Below are positions 39,012-47,100 of a stretch of 64,000 nucleotides of DNA, in pieces; position 1 is the first letter of the stretch, and each line of letters opens with the position of its first letter. The DNA is taken from NCBI GenBank assembly GCA_964252035.1, contig OZ176200.1. One strand, 5' to 3'. This DNA comes from Podarcis erhardii (taxonomy: Eukaryota). The position numbers and the translations under genes are program-made. The notes beneath the pieces are model-generated. The model was not told the origin of the DNA. It saw only the letters and a program-made list of their open reading frames with translations, and ran no database searches.

Positions 39012-41419
39012 CCCATCAGACTGGGTTGCCCCAATACACCCCCTACTTCATTAAGAAGTACGATGCCATCAGTTCCTAGCTTTTGATCTCTGTCAGATTT
39101 GACACACCCAGTTACTCGTTTGGAAGAGCAAGCAGCTGAATTCATCCATCTCCTCCCAGCACTCTAACCACTACACCACACTGGCTGTTGAACAACCATA
39201 ATGTTTTCCAAGCAGCAATGATAGTCACTCACTTGGATTCATCATGATCACAGCAGAGTGGCCTCAGCATAATATAGCTAATCTGTGCCTTGGCAAGTGT
39301 TGAGTTAGGCCAGGAAGCTGGGGTATCCTACTCTTGGGTGAGGGTACAGCAACTGGATGCTGAATTTCATGACTGTCCTGTGTGATGCTGTAGCCCTGCT
39401 TATAGCAAATATTCATTCCCCACAGGGCACAAGGCTCTCGGGTGTTGGTGCACTGCAAGATGGGCGTGAGCCGCTCTGGCTCCACAGTGATTGCATATGC
39501 CATGAAGGAGTACGGGTGGTCACTTGAGCAGGCCCTTTCCCATGTACGGGAACGACGCCCAATTGTCCACCCCAATCCAGGATTCATGAGACAGCTGGAG
39601 CTTTACCAGGGCATTCTGGACGCAAGGTAAATCCAAGGGGAGGGAGAGCAGGTCTGATCACTGTGTATGTATGTGGGGAGGGCAAGGGAGACTGATGGGA
39701 GCTGCAGCTGACCAGCCTGATCAGACCACAGCAGAAGACTTTGTTGTTATTGTCCAAGGGCCAAACTGCATGTTACATGCAACAGCATGATGATCCTCTT
39801 AGACTGGAAAATCTACTTTCAGTGGGGCTATTGGGATCAGAGAAGATCTCCCCTTCCTGGGATTCTAAGCACCTGTGTGAAAAGGCAAACAGGAAAGATT
39901 CTGTGTGGAAAAAAATGATGGGGGTGCCAAAGAGTGGCAAGGAAAAGATCCGGCATCCATGCAAACTGCTCCATTTCCAACTTCCACTCCAAAGCACTTC
40001 TTCCAGTTAAAAAGGGCTGTTTCGTATTGTTAGGCACACAATATTTAATCTTAAACAGGGAGACACTGATAGCAAAATTGTCCCACACTAACAGTGCAGC
40101 AAAAATTAAATAGACATTGTGATTATCTTTAATATGTGTAATTAATGCTTCTCACTGTAACTTACTGGATTCAAAGTCCATTCTTTATTTGGCTCTTTAT
40201 TTAGCATTCCTTGCTGAATAATCTCTTACATTGTTCACCTCATGTTACTACGCAGCCGACACAGCAGCCTATGGGAACAAAAGGCAGGAGATGCCCACTC
40301 AGAAGATTCTCCAGATATAAGTGATGCCAGCAGTGATCCTTCAGGAAGCCCATACTACGAGACTTTAAGCTCAGAAGAAGAACCAGAGGAGCCAGTGACA
40401 ACCCCCCAGTATTGCTTTCGTCCTTTGCGGGAACCTCCTGAAGAACCTCACCATCCTGTGGACCCTCCTGATAGTCCCAGGCTCAGTCTTCAGGCCACAG
40501 AAGAACCTGGGGCATCGGATGACTCAGGAGCTGAGGAAGTGCGAAGACACCTGGCTACAATGAGAGTGCCAGAGAAGCCAGCCACGCTCAGACGGGAACG
40601 CATCAATCTCTATGCTGTCATGCGCAGCATCAGTGAAATGGACAGCCCAGAACGCCACATCTCTGTACCAGAGTGCGCTGCTGAGGAAGAGGTAAGAGGG
40701 TCATGTAAGGGCATGCTTCCAGAGAGAGGCAAGTGGAAAGAGTAAGGGAACTTATAATGGAGCCTCAAGGCATACAAGGGAAACAAAAATGGCAATGCAT
40801 AAATCAGTGGATCTGAAACCTCAGCTAATGCGAAGATGAATGGTAGAGGCAGGATGAAGAAAAATCCTTTGTAATTGCTGGCCCTCATTCAATCTACCTC
40901 TTCTTCCTCCAACAGGTATTTCTTCATGATGAAAAGAAGAAGACTGTGACCTTTGAGCCATTTCCCCAAAATGAAGAGAATTCTGTGTCAGGAACAGACT
41001 CTACAGCAAAGGTGCCACTGCCAGAGGAAGAGGAGGCTCAGGGTCGCAGGGCCAGGCGACGCGGGCGGAGGGCTCACCGGGGACGTCGCCATGTCTGCAA
41101 GCAGCTTTCGTACTACCCAGCACCAGGCAGGGTGCGCAAAGTTGTCCAGCGCATGGAGGGCCCTGTCCCATTTGGCCGCAGGCCCGCCTTACAACACCGG
41201 CTCTCTGTGGCTCAGCTGGCTGATGCTGCCCTGGTGGTGAGCCGGGCCAAGGAGTTTGAGGGACACACAGATCCCGAAGGACCAGACAAGCTCCGGTCCC
41301 CTTCTCCTCAGGAATCCAAACCTGAGGAAAGCACTGCCCTCTGTTCTTCCTTGCCCTGCTCCCGGTCCCGGCGGATGGTTCGCCAGGCCAGCGTAGACAT
41401 GGACCCCAACTCAGGGTGA
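21280..41419 (+). CDS. SSH3: Protein phosphatase Slingshot homolog 3 (dual-specificity phosphatase), 14 exons, 767 aa
   Basis: join(21280..21345,26477..26514,28828..29017,31524..31642,32840..32911,35738..35803,36028..36222,36908..37001,37275..37403,38177..38223,38516..38662,39426..39626,40256..40691,40916..41419) = 2304 nt, open frame. N-terminus is [18 protein letters not shown], the catalytic loop is [10 protein letters not shown], and the C-terminal RQASVD matches human SSH3 RQASVH. It lies between ANKRD13D and POLD4. Confidence 0.96.
22125..22214 (+). mobile_element. 3' tail of a squamate SINE/LINE
   Basis: GGCCACTGAGAACAGGATGCTGGATTAAATGGGCCTTGGACCTGATCCAGCAGGCTCTTCTTATGTTCT, a common squamate retroposon tail ending in ATGTTCT. 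Confidence 0.55.
22237..22378 (+). mobile_element. 5'-truncated Squam3-like SINE
   Basis: B box GGTTCGATTCCC, body, and tail AAGGCAGCTTCCTATGTT. Confidence 0.7.
22456..22573. mobile_element. MITE with 14-bp TIRs
   Basis: TAAGGTTACCAGAT ... ATCTGGTAACCTTA form a perfect inverted pair; no clear TSD. Confidence 0.6.
23850..23990 (+). mobile_element. MIR/CORE-SINE-like remnant
   Basis: tRNA-like head remnant, then GGAGAAGCCACTCTCT and CTACAGTGCAGGGATAATAATA, resembling the CORE region. Confidence 0.4.
24320..24586. mobile_element. hAT-type non-autonomous DNA transposon (MITE)
   Basis: TIRs CAGTGGCGTAGCGTGGG / CCCACGCTACGCCGCTG, with a perfect 8-bp TSD CTTGTAGG at 24312-24319 and 24587-24594. 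Confidence 0.85.
27290..27510 (-). mobile_element. Decayed L2 LINE ORF2 fragment
   Basis: The minus strand reads [25 protein letters not shown], matching the L2 RT motif (AL(V/I)TSRLDYCNxLxxGLP). Confidence 0.7.
28546..28735 (+). mobile_element. tRNA-derived SINE (Squam3-like)
   Basis: A box TAATTCAGTGGTAGAGC, B box GGTTCAGTCCC, body CTGAAACTCTAGAGAGCTGCTG and tail TAAGGCAGCTTCTTACATT. Confidence 0.8.
32553..32785. mobile_element. hAT-type MITE
   Basis: Ends CAGCGGTCAGCAAAC / GTTTGCCTACCCATG, with an 8-bp TSD GACTATAA / GACTATAG (7 of 8 match). Confidence 0.75.
33640..33770 (+). mobile_element. Retroelement 3' tail (L2-like stem-loop plus simple-repeat tail)
   Basis: GAGCCGCCCAG...GGCTGGGGAAACGCAGCC...TGGGCGGGGTATAAATAAA followed by (ATG)n-like repeats. 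Confidence 0.6.
34589..34724. mobile_element. hAT-type MITE
   Basis: TIRs (T/C)AGTGTTTCCCAAA(C/T)TTGGG at both ends, an internal inverted ACTACA.TTCCCATC / GATGGGAGTTGTAGT pair, and a degenerate 8-bp TSD CTTTAGCT / CTGTAGAT. Confidence 0.75.
34800..34915. mobile_element. Short MITE
   Basis: Imperfect TIRs CATGGGTGTAGCCAGG / CTTGGCTATGCCCATG. Confidence 0.55.
36527..36670 (+). mobile_element. MIR/CORE-SINE-like remnant
   Basis: tRNA-like head GTGGAGTGGTTTGG...CCCAGGTTAACATTCTCAC, then CCTACCTCACAG...TTGTGAGGATAAAAT. Confidence 0.45.
38966..39011. repeat. (TAA)15 microsatellite
   Basis: Perfect trinucleotide run in SSH3 intron 11. Confidence 0.95.
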
Positions 41420-42095
41420 AACCTTTGCTGTGGCATTTCCTCCTTTCTTCTGTTCATAAGTGGAGTGATAAATGGAGCCCTGAAGGGCAAACAGGTTCAC
41501 TTCCTATTGTTGGGGGCTTCTTTCCTCTGCCTGAAGCACTATTGGCAGCTGGTGTGGGAAGTGGCAATTTAAAGCTGCCTGGGAGAAGGGCAGGAAAGAG
41601 GAGGAAGGGAGACCATCCCTTTAAGAGACTATAGTGCTTCACAGGCTCTCCATCTCTTTCCATAGCTATGGAACTGCACTGGGGGGCAACCAGCGCTCTT
41701 ATGGGGCTCTGTCCCATCCACTTATTTCAGACCTCTAAATGGCCTTGAAGACTGCACAGCTCCAAGATTTATACTGCAGGGCACTTCTGCTTCTTCTTTC
41801 AACTCACTTTTGATGACACTACCCTTTGTTAAAGCCGTGGGGGTCCCTGTGGCCTCCCAAGATGTCGCTGGGCTCTTAACTCTCTCCAGCCCTGCCAGCA
41901 TGGTGAATGGTCAGAGATGATGAGAGTAGTCCAGCACATGAGGAGGGCTCTGGGCTCCTCACATCCCTGCTTTATGAGGTGGGGCCAGGGAAGTAGTATC
42001 TCACTGTGATCCTAACCGGGGAAGAAATGCCCCCTGTTTACTTTTGCACACACATACGCAACCACTGTGCCATTGCCAGCTTCACTCTGCTTGGG

Positions 42096-42101
42096 AATAA
42101 A
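42096..42101 (+). promoter_or_regulatory. Candidate polyadenylation signal of SSH3
   Basis: AATAAA about 680 nt after the stop codon, with GT/T-rich sequence downstream. Confidence 0.5.
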
Positions 42102-43045
42102 AGAGTTGGTTAACTTTCCACTTGCTGGAACTCTGGTCTTGTCCTTTTCTTTGAAATGTGTGCCCTAATGCTTGGGACCTAATCTGTGACCACAAACTCG
42201 CCTACCTGAGGGAGGGAAATGGGGGACAGTATTTTCCTCTGGCTAGGCTACTCAGTATCCACACAGCTGTGGGGCTCTGTTAAAGACAGTGTGGCTGCGT
42301 GGTAATAGCTGGCCATTTGCGTTAGGTGGAACAACGGGTCAGTAAAGAATCCCACAACATCTGGCTGTTTGCAGAATCAGTTTTCTGTGAGCTCCTCAAT
42401 CATGCCGTGAGCTGAGTTTTACCTATGCAGAATGAGGGCGCAGCTCACCATGTGACCAGTAGAGTGTGCAGACAGCAAAGCACATAGTCACACTCGCCCC
42501 AACTTCTCCGAGTGGTGACGAATCCCAGGGAGAATTGGCGAGCCTGGTTTCATTACACGTAAGCATCAGAACCTCTAGCGGAGGGTGGGGAGAAACTACA
42601 GTTACCAGCACCCCTTTCGGTCCGCTTCCTGCTTGCGCCATTGCGTTGTTGCGTAATTTTACGTCGCCGCCATCTCATGCCTGCTAAAAAGAACAGAGGT
42701 AGGAACGTAATAGAGTAGCTTGTCTCATTGTCAGATATGAGGAAGCTGGATGTACATTTTTTTTGGTCTCCAGCTGAAAGCGAGAGCTGCCCTTGGTAAT
42801 TGACTGTGAGATTCAAGATTTCAGCGTAGTTATTTACTGAGAAGCAGAACCAGAAAATATTCAGAGAGACAGCAGCTGATTCAGGCCTTACTTCGCGTGG
42901 AAATGAGTGCCCTGCCAGTGCTAGTACAGTCCAATATTACAGAGGAGCATGGCTTTCAGCAGCCTTGCAATGTAGAGTCACTGAATGAAGGGTGGAAGCA
43001 GGGCTGAGGCTGCCTTAAATTTCCAGGCCAAAGTCCAATCGGGTT

Positions 43046-43135
43046 CATAGCGGTCAATGTTTCCCTTTTTTTAAGGGATATTCCCTTATTCTGAATAGGA
43101 TTCCTCGCAAGAAAAGGGAAAAGTTGACGTCTATG
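43046..43135. mobile_element. 90-bp hAT-type MITE upstream of the Mondo-family gene
   Basis: Imperfect TIRs CATAGCGGTCAA / TTGACGTCTATG, with a perfect 8-bp TSD ATCGGGTT at 43038-43045 and 43136-43143. Confidence 0.8.
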
Positions 43136-43379
43136 ATCGGGTTTCAGTATGAGTGGCACGTTAAGTGGATTGTGCCCCTATCAGCTGCACTTCAGAAAAG
43201 TTGCGCACAGAAGCCCTGCGTTTACTAACTTGTAGGCAGAAGAGTTGCACTGTTAAATGTTAAAGCAAGTCTAAAATACCGGAATTAGATCCCTGTATGT
43301 CACTCTACCTAGTGAAGTCTATGCTACCTAGCGAGTAACTGTCTCGTTCTCGCCGCTAGATGGATGTTGAAACAAAACC

Positions 43380-44150
43380 ACCGTGACCATCATGCCCTGC
43401 GGCCACGGCAAAGGGGCGGGGACTAGGACACATGCGCAGAACGCTCTTTCCTTGTTGCTATGGGAGCCTACGGCAGGGCAGCTGCTGGGAAGAGGTAGAA
43501 TCCGCGTTCTCTTTTGTTCCTCCGCTGCGACGGGGGCATTTTGGCACCTGTCGCGACTCTTTCCCGGCTGGAGTTTGCGCCGGCGGCGGCCCCTCGTTGC
43601 CATGGCGGCGGCGTTGCCTCTCGCGTGCTAAAGATGCCCCGGGAGACGGCGAGGGAGGCAGCGAGGCCTCCGCCCGGGAGGATGTCGCGTCCGCAGATCA
43701 TCCACAGCGGCCACTTCATGGTGTCGGAGCCCCACGCCGACCCGGAGCCGGACCCCGAGGCGGCCCTGAGCCAGCCAGGCCGAGGCGCCCCGCCGAGCGC
43801 GGCCGAGCGAGCCAGAAGGGCCGGCTCCGCGCGGAAGACCGCGGCCGGGAAGGCCGGTGACGGGGCCCAGCTGACCGCCGCCGCCGCCGCCGCTTACGAC
43901 TTCGACACGGTGGACGAGGCCGCGTGCCTGTGCTACCGCTACGGGCCTCGAAGCAGCGGAGCCCTCAGCATCGACCCTTCGCTCACGAAGCTCTTTGAAT
44001 GCATGACGCTCGCCTACAGGTAAGGGCGGGGCGGGCGGGGCACAGCGGACCGTGTGTGTCTGGGGGGAAATGTGGAGAGACACAGCAGGAAGGGCTAGAG
44101 AAGGGCCCGCCCGGTGGCTTCCTTTCTCTCTTCCGGCCCTTGCCTCTCGG
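43380..44150. promoter_or_regulatory. CpG island and promoter of the Mondo-family gene
   Basis: CpG-dense block over exon 1, with a GC box GGGGCGGGG at 43413-43421 and an NRF1-like CATGCGCA at 43431-43438. Confidence 0.8.
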
Positions 44151-47100
44151 GATGCATGCAGGGAACCAGACTATGCCTTGGGGTTACAGAGTGCCTGCTG
44201 TGGGAACTGCAGCACGACCAATTAGCCTGCCATTCATACGCAAGATATACTAGTATGCATGCAGATAAACGATACTCATAAGAGAATCCATCTGCAGGTA
44301 ACTTGGCATCGTTAAGTAAAAGCCTCGGATTCCTTGTAACTACAGACATAAAGGGCATTTTCACAGCTTGCCTTTGTCGCGTCTGCCAGGCCAAGTTAAA
44401 ATCTAAATGAGTGTATAAATCTAGATTTGTAGCTGCCAGTTAAGAAGTGCTTCCCTACAACCTTTCCTTCCACTTTAAGAACTTTCACTTATGGGAGGCA
44501 GGTGTGAGAACAGAGTAGTCAAGGAAGGAAACTGACATTTTAGAGTCAGAAACGCATACATCTGTTGAAACCAACAAATCCAGTTTTGTAGTTAAAAAAA
44601 AAAAAAGCAGGGGACCTAGATATGACATAGAGTTGTGCCTGGTTCTCCAGCATTCTACTACCACTTGCTTTCTGGCATAGTATTCTTTATTTATTTATTT
44701 ATTTATTTACTCACTCACTCTGGTTGCAGTTCTACACACAAGGGATTAGAATCAATGAATAAGTCTCATTGAACTCCATAGGAGTTACTTCTGAGATAAG
44801 GTGCAGAGGATTGCACTGCTGCTTATTTTACTGTATTTGCAAGGTACCCAATAGCGTCTCTAGTGGCATATGGGAATATGTTCATATAAGCACAGCATAG
44901 TAAGGTAAAGGTAAAGGTACCCCTGCCCGTATGGGCCAGTCGTGTCCAACTCTAGGGTTGCGTGCTCATCTCGCTCTAGAGGCCGTGAGCCGGCGCTGTC
45001 CGAAGACACTTCCAGGTCACGTGGCCAGCGTGACAAAGCTGCAGCTGGTGAGCCAGCACCAGCGCAGCACACGGAAACGCCGTTTACCTTCCCGCTATAA
45101 AGCGGTCCCTATTTATCTACTTGCACTTAAGAGTGCTTTCGAACTGCTAGGTGGGCAGGAACTGGGACCGAACGACGGGAGCTCACCCCGCCACGGGGAT
45201 TCGAACCGCCGACCATGCAATCGGCAAGTCCTAGGCGCTGAGGTTTTACCCGCAGTGCCACCCGCGCAGCACAGCATAGAGGAGGGGAAGTCACACTTAA
45301 CTTTAGTCTTCCCAGAAAATCATATCAGAAAAGCACATCTTGCTGCTTAGACAGTGCTTCTGACCCATACATATTACTTTGGTTTTTATCTACCCCATTT
45401 TCAGTGTATCTCATACCCCAGTTGACTTATTCAGCAGTCAAGTCCTTTAATCTTTAATCAGCTCTCAGGTCAGACTCCTTTAATGTGTGGAAGGGAGAGA
45501 CAGTCTTAAATAATAGAAATTTCTATTTGACAGAGTGTAGTGGATAGATAGTTATCATGAGTATTAAAGTGAGAAATGGACCATGACCCAAGTTGTCCCT
45601 ACCAGATGCTAGAGACATAATATCAAAAAGCTGTATGGGTTATGTGGGATTAAATATCAGAAAGTATATCTGCTTTGGTAAAGGTCTGTTTTGTCCCCTT
45701 TCTGATAGTAGTGTTGCTAAAGCATAAAAACTTGGCAAATTATATAAACAGGAAGTTTTCACAGGACAAGTATTTCTTCCTGTGCTCCCTTTAGCTTCCT
45801 AATAGAATTTTAATGTGAACTCTTGTGTACAATTTTAATGATTTATGTTAAGGAACTAATTGGCTCGTTTTGCACAGTCTAGTTTTAATTATTGTTACCT
45901 GTGCTGTACTATGTTGAAAATTAATACACGCCCTGAATTTTCTGAATTGGCTGTCCCCCTCCCCACAACATTTCTGAGAAGTAGGAGAGAAACTTGAGCA
46001 ATGAAACAAGCTGCTTAGAGAGGTAATGAAATTTGCTTCCTTGGAAACTTTCAAAGAAAGGCTGGGTGGGCAACTCTCTGGAATGTTTTACATTACTGTG
46101 CTTCAGGGCATAACTTGGACTAGATTAGGGATCAAAAACTTTCAGTCTGCTCGCTGCATATGGCACCCAGAACACTTGATTGCTGGCTGTGTGCCTCTTA
46201 AAAGTTTAGAAATTCTAGTGTTTCTTTTTTAAAGTAACATTTGACATGATTGCATAGACCATTTTGGATATGTGATGGTAAAACAACGACTCTCTTTTCT
46301 GGTTCTTGATGCCAAACAGCCTATCCTGCACTGATCTTGACCTTTGGGATTTCTCCTAGTTCTAAAAATAATTAAAATAAAAAGTACCACACTGGAACAG
46401 ACAGCATTTGTTTTAACCAGTATCCTGTTCCCAGGAATGTCTGGCCTTGATGTTAGCATATAGAGTTTTGAATTAAATAGCTGTAGTCCTTTCATATAAA
46501 AGTTGTATTCTTACCTGAGTTGCACATTCAGCGGATGCTACAGCAGTATGTTGCAGACTAGCTTCCCAATCAATATACTTGCTGCAAAATTACTGCTTCT
46601 GCCATTTTTTATGTAACTGCATGCATTTTTCCTACATTGAGATCATCTCCTTGTAAATATATATCTATGAAGCAGCTTTAAATCAAGAAAAAAAGTGTTC
46701 CGGCATTTTCAGCAACCTAGTGAACTGGAATAGATCCTCAGAACTGGGATTTTTGGGTCTGTTCTTTGAATTCCAGCATTACGACATTTCAAACATTGAC
46801 TCCTTTAGGTATTTTCTAGTTAATCTCCCACAACATTATGAGATGTCATCTTGGACTAAGCAAAAGGACAAAGGTAGTATGAGGAGTTTGAATGCCTGAA
46901 GAAATCCCCTCAACAGAGTCCTTTTTGACATTAACTTTGTCAAAAGCTCAATTTACCATATACCTGAGCCCACTGGTTTCAGTGGCAGTGCAAGCCTCTG
47001 CCCCCAGCCAGTGAAATAGACATTATATTTTGCTCAATAGTAACATAGAATCATATATTGAATCTTTGCACAGCTATGCATTAGAACTGTGACTGATCTA

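Noticed and set aside
38872-39145. ORFs with poly-Ile (+) and poly-Leu (-) runs that resemble a signal or transmembrane peptide
   Set aside because: They are translations of the intronic (TAA)15 microsatellite.
43514-43633. Non-AUG N-terminal extension of the Mondo-like ORF given in the ORF track
   Set aside because: It starts at TTG with no family homology in the extension, and the TSS is unknown; ATG 43634 or 43682 is more parsimonious.
45017-45035. CACGTG E-box followed by a second CGTG in intron 1, suggesting an autoregulatory ChoRE
   Set aside because: The spacing does not fit the 5-nt ChoRE rule, and the site is part of the Sauria SINE body.
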